From contig JAUWOR010000002.1 of the NCBI GenBank assembly GCA_030612025.1, positions 1-64,000 on the forward strand: a stretch of DNA of 64,000 nucleotides, written 5' to 3'. Shown here in pieces: positions 47,703 through 57,956 of the stretch. A program made the position numbers and the translations under genes. Source of the stretch: Dehalococcoidia bacterium (lineage in GTDB: Bacteria; Chloroflexota; Dehalococcoidia; GIF9; AB-539-J10). Within the stretch, counting starts at the first letter, position 1; each line of letters opens with the position of its first letter. Below the pieces are notes generated by a model. The model had not been told where the DNA came from and searched no databases. It saw only the letters and a program-made list of their open reading frames with translations.

Positions 47703-48387
47703 TGTCCTTGCCCTCGCTAGCCCACCTCTCGAGAATACGGGCGATATATTTCCAACTGCGCTTATTCATTAGGACTGCTTCTCTGAAAGCCTCATTAATC
47801 CATTGCGATGGGTAGAGCCTTGCCGCTTCCTTAAGTTCTTCCACAATCATCGGAGTTATTACCCCGATATTTTGCTCATAGAGAGCGAAGATGTTAGGTA
47901 ATTGCACTGCATGTCCTATTCCTTCTTCGCTAGAGGGCTGCTCCCTAACGGAAAGTTCCCCACGCTTGATCTTAGCAATAGTCTCCCTATCGGATTCCAT
48001 ATTGGCAAAGTAGGCATCTTCCCATTTACCATCTATATTTAAGTTTAGCTGTAAAATGGTGCCGCGGCTTACGGCTAAGTGTAAAGCGTGACGAAGCACT
48101 TCCTCGTCTATCCCAGTCATTAGTGCCTCCTGAGACAGCAATTCTCCATATGTAACAAAAGGAGGCCGGGAAATGCCCACCCTACTACCCCCCTTTATCT
48201 GTCGAGGGACGTAATGGCATCCTTGCTTATGACTGAGCAGGTAAAAAATGTACATTGTTACTTTAAGCTCAGCTAAGTCTTGAATTTGAGGCATCACCTG
48301 AGCAAAGAAGACATCGGGTAAGGGAGTAAATTCCACTTCTGCTGGGAAACCGGGAAATTTTCTCTCTGGCATCTTTTTACCCTTCAA
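47620..48387 (-). CDS. DnaD domain protein
   Basis: IQDLAELKV, NIFALYEQNIG.ITP, AFREAV..NKRSWKYI..ILERW; start may be ATG 48372. Confidence 0.85.
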   Translation of the reverse strand: MKGKKMPERKFPGFPAEVEFTPLPDVFFAQVMPQIQDLAELKVTMYIFYLLSHKQGCHYVPRQIKGGSRVGISRPPFVTYGELLSQEALMTGIDEEVLRHALHLAVSRGTILQLNLNIDGKWEDAYFANMESDRETIAKIKRGELSVREQPSSEEGIGHAVQLPNIFALYEQNIGVITPMIVEELKEAARLYPSQWINEAFREAVLMNKRSWKYIARILERWASEGKDSGKYRQSTKKVDPDKYIRGKYGHLVKR

Positions 48388-49763
48388 GGAGTTGAAATTG
48401 CCTCAGTCTCCTCCACGTTGTCAAATTTAACCACTCTATTCAGGAAACGTAGCTTAATCCGCCCCAAAGGGCCATTGCGGTGCTTAGCTACAATAATATC
48501 GGCGATACCACGGGGATATGGTTCTTTACTAATATCATGCGAGCCCCCCCACTGCTCCTCAGTAAAATATAGGTCATCTCGGTAAATAAAAACAACAACA
48601 TCAGCATCCTGCTCGATGGTGCCACTTTCACGCAGGTCAGCAAGCTGAGGTATATGGGAAGCTCGCCATTCCACAGCTCGGCTGAGTTGAGACACAGCTA
48701 GCACGGGCACATCCAGCTCCCTAGCCAATATCTTTAACGAACGAGTTATTTTACTGATCTCCTGAACCCGAGTTTCATTCCTACTATCACCTTGTATTAG
48801 CTGCAAATAATCAACGATTATTAAGTCAATATCACGCTCAAAATAAAGGCGCCGTGCTTTGCTCCTTATATCTACAGCTCGGAGTTGAGGTGAATCATCA
48901 ATGTAGATCGCTGCTTCGGATAAAATTCCGCTGGCTTCCATAATTCTCGCCTCATCATTTTCACTAAAGCGCCCCAAACGGACATCCCTCGAATTCACCC
49001 CTGATTCGCTAGCCAGAAGACGCTGAACCACCGCCTCCCGAGACATCTCCAAACTGAATAGAGCCACGCAAGCTCTTTGGTTAATAGCAGCATTTCTGGC
49101 AATATTTAGAGCTAAGCTGGTTTTACCCAAGCTAGGCCTGGCAGCTAAAACAATCAAGTCAGATGGCTGCAAACCACCCAGTAAATCATCTAAACCGGCA
49201 AAACCGGTTAAAGCATGAGCTAGCTCCCTTTCCCGGAGCACAGTAGGCTGTCCAGCCTCCTCGAAGTATTGCCCTAAGGCCTCACGTATTGAAATGAAAT
49301 CTCTAGTGCCCTGTCTCCTTCTTACTTGAAAAAGGATATCCTCAGCTTTATTGAGGCTAGCCTCGATATCTGGGCCAGCCTCATAACCAATGGCGGCAAT
49401 TTGCCCTGCAGCAACGATCATTTGCCGCATCACTCCTGTCTTAGATACTATCTGAGCATAATGTTCAACATGCAGGGATGTAGGCACAACAGATATTAGA
49501 TGGGATAAATAGGCCGCGCCACCAATCTGCTCTAGCTTGTTCTGGCGCATCAGTTCATGTGCTACCGTGATCTGGTTTATAACTTCATTGCGTTGGTAAA
49601 GAGACAAGCAAGCTTGATAAATCGCTTGATTTGTTTCATCAAAAAAGTCCTCGGACTTAAGAGAAGTAGCTACTTTCAATATAGCTTCAGGATCGATAAG
49701 CAAAGAGCCAATCACTGCCTCCTCTGCTTCAATGTCGTGGGGGGGTAATTTTTCCTGTGCCAT
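48384..49763 (-). CDS. dnaB: Replicative DNA helicase
   Basis: PPHDIEAE, AARPSLGKT, FSLEM, IVDYLQL, SQLSR, LRESGTIEQDAD, KHRNGP. Confidence 0.97.
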   Translation of the reverse strand: MAQEKLPPHDIEAEEAVIGSLLIDPEAILKVATSLKSEDFFDETNQAIYQACLSLYQRNEVINQITVAHELMRQNKLEQIGGAAYLSHLISVVPTSLHVEHYAQIVSKTGVMRQMIVAAGQIAAIGYEAGPDIEASLNKAEDILFQVRRRQGTRDFISIREALGQYFEEAGQPTVLRERELAHALTGFAGLDDLLGGLQPSDLIVLAARPSLGKTSLALNIARNAAINQRACVALFSLEMSREAVVQRLLASESGVNSRDVRLGRFSENDEARIMEASGILSEAAIYIDDSPQLRAVDIRSKARRLYFERDIDLIIVDYLQLIQGDSRNETRVQEISKITRSLKILARELDVPVLAVSQLSRAVEWRASHIPQLADLRESGTIEQDADVVVFIYRDDLYFTEEQWGGSHDISKEPYPRGIADIIVAKHRNGPLGRIKLRFLNRVVKFDNVEETEAISTP

Positions 49764-49766
49764 TTT

Positions 49767-50219
49767 TTAAGCCTTCCTCGGCTCAATGACCACTGTGATT
49801 CGTGGCTCCAACCCCTTAGCTAATTTAATACTTATTTCGTAGTTACCTGCTTGGCGCAAAGGCTTGTCCAAGTCTATCTTCCTCTTATCAATAGAAGAAC
49901 CTATAACTCGACTTAATTCCTCGGCTATGCCGGCAGCGGTAATAGAGCCAAATAAACGGTCATCAGCACCCACATGGGCCTGAAAATGGATTTCTCTTCC
50001 ATCGATTTGTTCAGCTAACTTAGCTAGTTTAGCTTGGTCAAGACTTTCTTTAATCCCTTCCTTTAGAAGCTTCAGTTTGGCTTGCTTTATAGCTGCTGGC
50101 GTAGCTGCCAAGGCTAAACCCTGGGGGAAAAGGAAATTCCTAGCATAGCCCTTGGCCACCTCCGTTATCTCTCCAGCCTCTCCCTTCCCAGAAACATCCT
50201 TTAACAAAATAACTTTCAT
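49767..50219 (-). CDS. rplI: 50S ribosomal protein L9
   Basis: [24 protein letters not shown]. Confidence 0.96.
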   Translation of the reverse strand: MKVILLKDVSGKGEAGEITEVAKGYARNFLFPQGLALAATPAAIKQAKLKLLKEGIKESLDQAKLAKLAEQIDGREIHFQAHVGADDRLFGSITAAGIAEELSRVIGSSIDKRKIDLDKPLRQAGNYEISIKLAKGLEPRITVVIEPRKA

Positions 50220-50220
50220 A

Positions 50221-50249
50221 GAGATCCTTCGCTTCGCTCAGGATGACAT
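50221..50249. repeat. Half copy of the GTCATCCTGAGCGAAGCGAAGGATCT repeat at the trxB-rplI junction
   Basis: gagatccttcgcttcgctcaggatgaca; supplies the trxB stop codon. Confidence 0.75.
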
Positions 50250-51194
50250 TCGCCAGTTTAGAAATCTCTCTGCTGATAAAGCAGCCGTGGCACCATCACC
50301 AGCAGCAGCTATTGCCTGCCTAGCTGAGTTATAGCGAACATCTCCAGCAGCTAATACTCCAGGTATTTCCGTTTCCATCACTTCATTAGTGATTAAATAT
50401 CCTCCCTTGTCCAGAGGCAAAACTCCCTTTAAATAGCTGGTGTTAGGCTCCAATCCAATGGCAACAAAAACACCCGCTATTGGCAATGTTGATATTGTAA
50501 CATCTTTTGTCTTTTTTAGCCTGAGCTGCCTGACTGCTCCCTCACCCTCAATTTGGGCTACTAGAGTATCCCAGATAAACTCTATTTTTGGTTCAACCAT
50601 AGCTTTTTCTCGGAGTATCTTGCTAGCTCTAAGCTGATTACGGCGGTGAATGACTAAAATCTTAGAAGCAAACTTACTCAAGTAAAGAGCCTCGGTGAGG
50701 GCCGCATCCCCACCTCCTATCACAGCCACTGCTTTATCTCGGAATAAAGGCCCATCACAAGTGGCACAATAAGAGACGCCTTTGCCCAAAAGCTCGGCTT
50801 CCCCGGGCACCATTAACTTGCGGAATTGCGAGCCAGAAGCAATAATCACTGACTCAGCAACAAATTTACCTTCACTGGTGCTAACCAGCTTATGTAGTTG
50901 GTTAGGCACTAAACTAGTGACCTCAGCAAGCAAAATTTGCAATCCGTAAGCCGTAGCTTGCTGATGCATGAGTTGCCCTAACTCAATGCCAGAAATCCCC
51001 TGGGGGAAACCAGGGTAATTCTCCACCCGATCAGCGTAAGTTATTTGACCACCTATCACCCCTCTTTCAATAAGTAAAGTATTAAGCTTTGACCTAGCAC
51101 AATATAAGCCAGCGGTAAGTCCAGCAGGCCCACCACCAATGATAATTACTTGATAATTCCTGTTGGGATTGATTCGCTGCCTCGTAGCTAACAT
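50238..51194 (-). CDS. trxB: Thioredoxin reductase
   Basis: GGGPAG, VENYPGF, GVSYCATCDG, GGGDAA, HRR, AAGDV; start probably ATG 51194. Confidence 0.95.
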   Translation of the reverse strand: MLATRQRINPNRNYQVIIIGGGPAGLTAGLYCARSKLNTLLIERGVIGGQITYADRVENYPGFPQGISGIELGQLMHQQATAYGLQILLAEVTSLVPNQLHKLVSTSEGKFVAESVIIASGSQFRKLMVPGEAELLGKGVSYCATCDGPLFRDKAVAVIGGGDAALTEALYLSKFASKILVIHRRNQLRASKILREKAMVEPKIEFIWDTLVAQIEGEGAVRQLRLKKTKDVTISTLPIAGVFVAIGLEPNTSYLKGVLPLDKGGYLITNEVMETEIPGVLAAGDVRYNSARQAIAAAGDGATAALSAERFLNWRMSS

Positions 51195-51198
51195 TACT

Positions 51199-51654
51199 TT
51201 AACCTGTAGCTGCCCCTTCCCACCGGTCACAGTGTCCTCCCCACCTAGCTAGGACTTTACCATTAACCGAGATATGGAAATCCGTTTGGCTAACCTCAAA
51301 TCCTTTAAACTCTGTTTTGCAATTGTTAGTCCCCATCTCTTCATGTATTAACAAGGCAGCGCCAATAGCACCCATGCGCTCATGGTGAGGAGGGACAATA
51401 ATCTCCGTATCTAAAATCTCGCCAAGCGCCTTAATTATTCCCTGATTGAAAGCAACACCACCCTGGAATACCACTTGAGGCAGAATTTCCTTGCCTAAAG
51501 CAACGTTATTAAGATAGTTGCGCACCAATGCTTGGCATAAACCATAAAGGATGTCATCGGTTTTATGCCCCATCTGCTGCTTATGAATCATGTCTGATTC
51601 AGCAAATACAGTGCATCTTCCGGCGATGCGCACAGGCATTTTGCTCCTTAAAGC
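51199..51654 (-). pseudogene. Truncated 2-hydroxyacyl-CoA dehydratase activase (BadF/BadG/BcrA/BcrD), C-terminal remnant
   Basis: ALRSKMPVRIAGRCTVFAESD..FQGGVAFN..MGAIGAAL; preceded by an in-frame stop, with the N-terminal ATP-binding half absent. Confidence 0.75.
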
Positions 51655-51691
51655 CTATTGATAATAGAACAAGGCTCGTGGAATAGCTACT

Positions 51692-52882
51692 TTAATCATG
51701 ACCACCTCGAAATTCTTGCTTAATTTTGCCTAGCATCTCAGGCTGGCTAAGTATGTCGACAACGGTCATTGCCATCGCCTTAGCGGCATCTAACAGCCCT
51801 TTATTTCCAGCTTCAGAGGCAGCAGCGGAGGCAAACTCTGGCGTATGCACTAATATCTCAGGAGAGGCAACGGCCACCATAGGATGTATGCTGGGCACTA
51901 CTTGGCTGACATTCCCCATATCTGTGCTGCCAAAGCCAAAAGAAGGGTCAAAAACATCCACATGGCGTCCCAGCGATTCCAGATTTTGGCGAAACAGTCG
52001 AGCCAAAGTAATATTATTTCTCAGAGGAGCATAAGTTTTTTCTCCCCAGCTATATTCCAACCTAGCTCCACTGGCTAAAGATGCTCCCTTAAAGCAGTTC
52101 AAGACCTTTTCTTTCAGCTCATCAAGGTAAGCATTATCCGGGGCACGTATCAGAAATTTAGCAGCACTATGGGCAGGAACTATGTTAGGTGCTTCACCAC
52201 CGTCAGTAATTATGCCATGAATGCGTGCTCCTCCCTTTATGTGCTGCCGCAACGAATTTATGCTGGTAAAGGCTAAAATCAGAGCTTCAAGAGCATTTAT
52301 ACCTTTGTAAGGTTGGGCAGCAGCATGAGCCGGCTTGCCAAAGAATTCTACACCTAAAGAAATGCAGGCAAGCGTCTGTGAGGTTGCCAAGTTGCGTGTA
52401 TTAGGATGTACCATCATAGCCACATCTATTTCTTCAAAGATACCTGCTTTCACCATATCTATCTTACCCCCAAGAACCTCTTCTCCTGGGGTACCTAAAA
52501 CTACAATACTACCTCCCAAGCTATCAATGGCAAGCTTACTAGCTACGCCGGCACCAACTGCTGAAGCAGCTATTATGTTATGTCCACAGCCATGTCCTAT
52601 TTTAGGTAAAGCATCATACTCAGCAAGCAAGGCAATCCTTGGTTTCTCTTGACCATACGTTGTCTGAAAGGCTGTGGCTAAACCAGCAATGCATTTTTGC
52701 ACCCGGAATCCATTATCTTCAAGGTAATTGATGAGCCAAGATGATGCTTTCTCCTCCTGGAAACCTAACTCAGGGTTATCGTGGATATTGAGACTCAACT
52801 GGGTAAGCTCTCGGCATTGTGCTTCCACTTTATTTCTTACCTTCGTTTTTAACCTCTTTATTTCCAATGCCTGAACCCCCAC
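51692..52882 (-). CDS. M20 family amidohydrolase (AbgB/PM20D2-like)
   Basis: HDNPELGFQE, EYDALP..GHGCGHN, TPGEE, GSTDMGNVS. Confidence 0.9.
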   Translation of the reverse strand: MGVQALEIKRLKTKVRNKVEAQCRELTQLSLNIHDNPELGFQEEKASSWLINYLEDNGFRVQKCIAGLATAFQTTYGQEKPRIALLAEYDALPKIGHGCGHNIIAASAVGAGVASKLAIDSLGGSIVVLGTPGEEVLGGKIDMVKAGIFEEIDVAMMVHPNTRNLATSQTLACISLGVEFFGKPAHAAAQPYKGINALEALILAFTSINSLRQHIKGGARIHGIITDGGEAPNIVPAHSAAKFLIRAPDNAYLDELKEKVLNCFKGASLASGARLEYSWGEKTYAPLRNNITLARLFRQNLESLGRHVDVFDPSFGFGSTDMGNVSQVVPSIHPMVAVASPEILVHTPEFASAAASEAGNKGLLDAAKAMAMTVVDILSQPEMLGKIKQEFRGGHD

Positions 52883-53012
52883 AAATAGCTATTATACTTC
52901 GATTTCAGCCTAGATTTCTAGGCGCTGCCCCTGGCTAACCATGAGAGATTGACATATCCAGCAGTTTACCCTTTCTCTGCTTGAAGAATCATATGGCACA
53001 AAATCAACCTCC

Positions 53013-53041
53013 TTGCATGACAAGAGATGCAATGTTATGCT
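53013..53041 (+). promoter_or_regulatory. Putative ATPase-operon promoter with overlapping inverted repeat
   Basis: TTGCAT-17-TATGCT; TTGCAT-N8-ATGCAA covers the -35 and spacer. Confidence 0.5.
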
Positions 53042-53155
53042 TTTTAATATTGATGGCTTTTAATAGCTGAAATGCTTATTCGTTCACCTGCTGAAAGAAC
53101 TCATTCCCAGACACTACCTGGCAATAGCCAAAAGAATTGACTAAAGAGGTATGTT

Positions 53156-53476
53156 ATGTCAATAAAGAAAATTTCTAAGAGCGTAGAAGAGATTGAGAGC
53201 GAAGCTGAAAAAATACTTGAGGAAGCTAGAACCAAAGCTAATGAAATCATCCTTAAAGCTAAAGAGGAGGCAAAGGAAATTCTCTCTTCCCAGTTGCCAA
53301 TGGATGAAGTCAAAACAGAGTGCCAGGAGATTATACATAACGCCAAGGTAGAAGCCGATAAGAAAAGCAAGGATGCCGCGAACAAAGCTTCCGAAATTGA
53401 AATCACCTCTGATAAGAAAATAGAGGGAGTTGTCGAACGCATAGTGAATATCATCATCGGGGCGCAGTTGACGTGA
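53156..53476 (+). CDS. A/V-type ATP synthase subunit H/G (peripheral stalk)
   Basis: Charged coiled coil, first gene of the operon. Confidence 0.75.
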   Translation: MSIKKISKSVEEIESEAEKILEEARTKANEIILKAKEEAKEILSSQLPMDEVKTECQEIIHNAKVEADKKSKDAANKASEIEITSDKKIEGVVERIVNIIIGAQLT

Positions 53477-55467
53477 AGCCTATAATCCTCAATACACCTG
53501 ACCCTATGGTCAAAGTGAGGGTGATGACCGCCAAGGATTACTCCAATAAAGCCCTCAAGACTTTACACAGAGCTGGTGTGCTCCATGTTGAGGAAAGTGA
53601 AGAGTTAAAGCCCATAGACAGGGAAGCCATTGAACATGAAAGAAGAGAAGTTGCTGAGTTATTAACAGACATTGAGGATGTATTGGTTTACATACCAAAA
53701 GGAGAGAAGATATCGCTGGGGGAGGATATTGAGGTTATATACACTAGACCTTTTAGCGAAACTGATAGTGAAGTCAGGCTACTATATACCAAGCTCAGCA
53801 ACATGCACCAGAGAGCCATTAAACTCGAGCAGGAGGCTGAAGAGCTAAAAGAAGTAAAGAGATATCTCAAACCCCTGGGACAGCAAGCAAACATTAGATT
53901 AAGAGACTTAAGTTTCTCTGGAAGTTACCTTTTTTCCAAGGTTTTTGTGCTCCCAAGTGAGACATACAAAATTCTATACCACAAGCTTGGAAATTACCTA
54001 TTTTGGGGCATGGTCGCCACAATAGAAAACGACACCATTCTCCATGTAATTGCTAAGGCCGAAGACCAAAAAATTATAGAATCCACAGTCAAGGATAACG
54101 GGGGCAAAATTCTGCCGATACCAGATGAGGATTTAACCCTGAAGGAATTCATGGGAGCGGCTGAGGGCAAAATTCACCGCCTAGAAGAGGAATTGGCAAA
54201 AATCAACGAGGAAATAGAATGCAAAACGAGAGAGAACTTGGAGAAGCTCATCCTTTTCAGAGAGGCACTATCAGCAGAAAATGAAAGGCTGTCAGTTTTA
54301 GAAAAAGCTTGCGAAGCGAAGTATGTGACACTAATCGAGGGGTGGATTCCAGAGAACAATGTTGAGGCTACAGTTTCCGAACTCAAAGAGAACATAGGCT
54401 ATGTGTTTATTGACACGAGGAAGCCAGAGCAAGTAGAAGAACCTCCTACTAAGATGAGGAACTTAACCGCGCTTAAGCCATTCCAGGTTATTGTAAATCT
54501 GTTTGGCATTCCCAAGTATAGGGAGTGGGATCCCACACCAATAATAGCTTACTCTTTTGCTTTTTTCTTTGGCCTTATGTTAGGTGATGTGATTTATGCT
54601 GTATGCCTCATACTGGTGACAAAATTTGCCCTGCGACGGTTTGTCGATGATCCAGAATCCGAAGGCTTTAAGCTATTTCAGCGGATATTTTATATAAGTT
54701 GCGGTGTTGCTCTAATTGTTGGTCTGCTCACTGGGACCTATCTAGGAGATTTCCATCAGCTTTTTGGAATTGAGAGTTTAGCACTTGCCAAAGGGATTGA
54801 AAATCTGCTTGGGGATTCCTTATCCTTCATAGTATTCGGCATAATAATAGGTCTTGTCCACGTAAATATAGCTCATGTAATAGCGCTCATTAAAGGCATA
54901 AAAGCAGGAAACAAAGCAGTAATACTAGGTAAAACTGGTTTATTCATACTTCAAATCGCCGGGATACCTTGGGTCATACACTTCCTCGGTATAGATATCC
55001 TTCTACTAAATGCACAAATATATCCTATCCTATTATACATTATGCTTCTGGGTATACTATTGATTGTTATCTCTTCTATCATGCAGCAGGGTGCTTTCTT
55101 AGGTAGCATTCTTTGGCTGTTTGATGTAACTGGTCTCTTGGGAGATATTATGTCGTATTGCCGGCTAGCAGGCGTAGGCTTAGCTACATATTACCTTGCC
55201 ATGACCTTTAATATGATGTCAGGTTTGATAGCCGGGATGATGCCTGCCGGGATGATGCGACTTGTCCTCGGTACCTTAATAGCAATCGTGGTTCTGCTTT
55301 TTGGGCATGTGCTTAACTTGCTACTCAGCGCCATCTGCTGTTTTGTCCACTCCCTCAGACTGTGCTTTGTAGAGTTTCTATTTAAGTTCTACGAAGGGGG
55401 TGGCAGAGAGTATAGTCCATTCCGGCTGAGGAAGCGAGCACTTGTGCCGGTCAAGGGAAAAGCTTAA
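53473..55467 (+). CDS. atpI: A/V-type ATP synthase subunit I (a)
   Basis: IEGWIP, PPT, EWDPT, GLMLGD, SYCRL, HSLRLCFVEF..KFYEGGG. Confidence 0.93.
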   Translation: MKPIILNTPDPMVKVRVMTAKDYSNKALKTLHRAGVLHVEESEELKPIDREAIEHERREVAELLTDIEDVLVYIPKGEKISLGEDIEVIYTRPFSETDSEVRLLYTKLSNMHQRAIKLEQEAEELKEVKRYLKPLGQQANIRLRDLSFSGSYLFSKVFVLPSETYKILYHKLGNYLFWGMVATIENDTILHVIAKAEDQKIIESTVKDNGGKILPIPDEDLTLKEFMGAAEGKIHRLEEELAKINEEIECKTRENLEKLILFREALSAENERLSVLEKACEAKYVTLIEGWIPENNVEATVSELKENIGYVFIDTRKPEQVEEPPTKMRNLTALKPFQVIVNLFGIPKYREWDPTPIIAYSFAFFFGLMLGDVIYAVCLILVTKFALRRFVDDPESEGFKLFQRIFYISCGVALIVGLLTGTYLGDFHQLFGIESLALAKGIENLLGDSLSFIVFGIIIGLVHVNIAHVIALIKGIKAGNKAVILGKTGLFILQIAGIPWVIHFLGIDILLLNAQIYPILLYIMLLGILLIVISSIMQQGAFLGSILWLFDVTGLLGDIMSYCRLAGVGLATYYLAMTFNMMSGLIAGMMPAGMMRLVLGTLIAIVVLLFGHVLNLLLSAICCFVHSLRLCFVEFLFKFYEGGGREYSPFRLRKRALVPVKGKA

Positions 55468-55481
55468 AAAGGAGGGATAAA

Positions 55482-55961
55482 ATGCTAATTGAACCAACAT
55501 CGCTAGCAACTCTTGGTGGTGCCATAGCCTTAGGAGGGGGATTGATAGGGTCTTCGATAGGTATAGGCATTGCTGGGTCTGCCGCAGCAGCTACATTGAG
55601 TGAGGAGCCTGGACAGCTCAGGAATGTCATAGTGCTGGTATCTCTGCCAATGACACAAACTTTCTACGGGCTGATAATATTGATACTCATTCTAACAAGG
55701 GTGATCCCTAACCTCGCTGCTATGCCCGATGCCGGTGGCAGTGGTTTTGCTGTACTTGCTTGCGGCGTCATAGCTGCCTGTGCTGAATCATTCTCAGCAG
55801 CATATCAGGGCGTTATATGCGCTTCCGGTATTTCACTTCTGCCCATGACAAAGGGGCGAATACTAACTAACGCCGTGATGTTAGCTGTGTTTGTCGAGTT
55901 GTTAGGTGTCCTGGGACTAGTGTTTACTATAATGTCATTAACCATGTTAGGACTTTTTTAA
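55482..55961 (+). CDS. atpK: A/V-type ATP synthase subunit K (c), 4 TM helices
   Basis: GSSIG, LPMTQTFYG, YQG, single carboxylate in VFVE. Confidence 0.9.
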   Translation: MLIEPTSLATLGGAIALGGGLIGSSIGIGIAGSAAAATLSEEPGQLRNVIVLVSLPMTQTFYGLIILILILTRVIPNLAAMPDAGGSGFAVLACGVIAACAESFSAAYQGVICASGISLLPMTKGRILTNAVMLAVFVELLGVLGLVFTIMSLTMLGLF

Positions 55962-55974
55962 AGGGCTCTTAAAA

Positions 55975-56556
55975 ATGGAGAAAATAAGCGAGGCTGTTGT
56001 CAGCAAAGTAAGAATGGAGGCCCAGAATATAATAAAGGAGGCTGAGGAAAAGGCACAGGAGGAAAGAGAGAGGACCGGAAAGCAGCGAGAAGCAAAGCTA
56101 CAGGAAGAGAAGCGCAAAATGCTGGAAGAAGCTGAGGAAGAGGCTGCTAGAATCGTGGCTCAGGCTTCTATAAAAGCACGCCGGCAACTATCAAGCGCGA
56201 AAAGCGACGTAATCACTAAAATAATCGGCAAGGTAAAACAAGAGTTGTTTGAATTCTCAAGCGATGAAAACTATTTTCTGAACTTGCTTAAAGAAGCCAT
56301 AGATGGACTTGGTGCCGATAAAAGCAGGATTTACGTTTCTCCTAAAGATGTAAGCATGGTGCGCAAATTCCTTGAAAGGGATAAGGAATTAGCTAGCAAA
56401 ATAATGGAAGTCAAGGAGGATAATTTTCTAGGAGGAGTTATAGCCGAAGACATTGATGGGAAACTCCGAATAGATAATACTTATGAGACCAGGCTTGAAA
56501 TGTTACTACCAAAACTATTGCCTGAAATAAGCAAGGAGCTCTTCGAAGCAACATAG
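55975..56556 (+). CDS. atpE: A/V-type ATP synthase subunit E
   Basis: Coiled-coil N-terminus; GGVIAE..DGKLRIDNTYETRL. Confidence 0.88.
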   Translation: MEKISEAVVSKVRMEAQNIIKEAEEKAQEERERTGKQREAKLQEEKRKMLEEAEEEAARIVAQASIKARRQLSSAKSDVITKIIGKVKQELFEFSSDENYFLNLLKEAIDGLGADKSRIYVSPKDVSMVRKFLERDKELASKIMEVKEDNFLGGVIAEDIDGKLRIDNTYETRLEMLLPKLLPEISKELFEAT

Positions 56557-56564
56557 GAGGACTT

Positions 56565-57599
56565 TTGTCCTACGCAAAGTATGCCTTTATATCAGCTTAT
56601 CTAAAAGGTGAAGAACCTAAGGTTGTGACTTCTGACCATATAGATAGGATGTCGAAAGCATCCGATATTCAAGATGCATTGGAAACCATCAGAGAGACCG
56701 ATGTAGGAAGTTACCTTGAAGAATTAACTGTTAAAACCTTCGATGATGTAGATGAATACTTGTGGAGATATTTTGTAAAGCGGGTTAATTATATAGAATC
56801 ATTTAAGTTCCTGCCAGGCGATATACTGAAGGTATCGAGAGCATACATAGCAAAATACGATGTCCTAAACATTAAAGCCGCTTTACAGGGTATTTCAACG
56901 GGCAAGAAGAGTCGCATGATACCAGTGGGAATTATCCACAATAATGGCTTATTAGACGGACTTTCCACTGCTGAAAATACAGGGGACATTATTGAGTTAC
57001 TTGTCAGGTGCAAACTGGGGAATTATGTGCCGGCACTAGAAGGATATGAAGTAGCTGGAGGAGCGAAGTCAAAACTTCTAGCTGAAGCTAGATTAGACAG
57101 TGAATACTACAAAAGCATGTTAAACATGGCGAGAGGTATAAAAGATGGCTCTGTCCTTTCAAAAGCCTTTGGTCTCATTATAGACCTAACAAACTTACAA
57201 ATTGCCTCGAGGGCTATAATTGAGGGCATAGGATTAGACGCCGCCGAATGTACCATTCCCGGTGGATATATGATTACAGACAAAGCTATCAGGGACTTAT
57301 TATCCTCCAAGCTCACCGATATGCCCCAGAAAGTAGAGAATGCTCAATATCGGCGTGTGGCCGCAGAAGTATTAAATAGTTACGATAAGACTAAGAGCAT
57401 CACAGCCGTAGAGGAAATCATTGATAAGCATAAGTTCAGGGTGGTGAAGAAAATATTATCACCAAGGGTGTTATCCCCTTTGATGATGGCCTGGTATCTA
57501 ATCCTCAAAGAGTTTGAAATACGAAACTTGAGGCTAATCGTGAAAGCAATAGCTGATGATGTTCCCACAGAGGAAATAAAGATGTATTTGGCGTTCTGA
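56565..57599 (+). CDS. atpC: A/V-type ATP synthase subunit C
   Basis: YDVLNIKAAL, IDLTNL, KEFEIRNLRLI; operon position. Confidence 0.88.
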   Translation: MSYAKYAFISAYLKGEEPKVVTSDHIDRMSKASDIQDALETIRETDVGSYLEELTVKTFDDVDEYLWRYFVKRVNYIESFKFLPGDILKVSRAYIAKYDVLNIKAALQGISTGKKSRMIPVGIIHNNGLLDGLSTAENTGDIIELLVRCKLGNYVPALEGYEVAGGAKSKLLAEARLDSEYYKSMLNMARGIKDGSVLSKAFGLIIDLTNLQIASRAIIEGIGLDAAECTIPGGYMITDKAIRDLLSSKLTDMPQKVENAQYRRVAAEVLNSYDKTKSITAVEEIIDKHKFRVVKKILSPRVLSPLMMAWYLILKEFEIRNLRLIVKAIADDVPTEEIKMYLAF

Positions 57600-57601
57600 A
57601 T

Positions 57602-57955
57602 ATGATAACGGTTAAACACCTAGACATAGCTGTTATAGGAGATGAAGATCTGGTCAGTGGATTGAGGCTGGCTGGCATCGGTAGATATTTCATGATAAAA
57701 GGCAACCATGATACCGACGAAGAGGTAAGGAAGGCTCTAAGTGAGTTGATAAACGAGCCCAATATTGGTGTAGTAGTGATACAGGAGGATTATGTAGAAT
57801 ATGTTAAGGACCTAGTGGCTCACGTTAGAGAAGGGCGGAAAATAACTCCCGTAATCATCGAGGCCCCATCAAAGTTTGGGACAAAATATAAGGATGTTGT
57901 CGGATATTACAAAACATTTATTAAAGCAGCTATAGGATTTGAGGTGGAAATATGA
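57602..57955 (+). CDS. atpF: A/V-type ATP synthase subunit F
   Basis: IAVIGDEDLVSGLRLAGI, PVIIEAP, AIG. Confidence 0.9.
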   Translation: MITVKHLDIAVIGDEDLVSGLRLAGIGRYFMIKGNHDTDEEVRKALSELINEPNIGVVVIQEDYVEYVKDLVAHVREGRKITPVIIEAPSKFGTKYKDVVGYYKTFIKAAIGFEVEI

Positions 57956-57956
57956 A

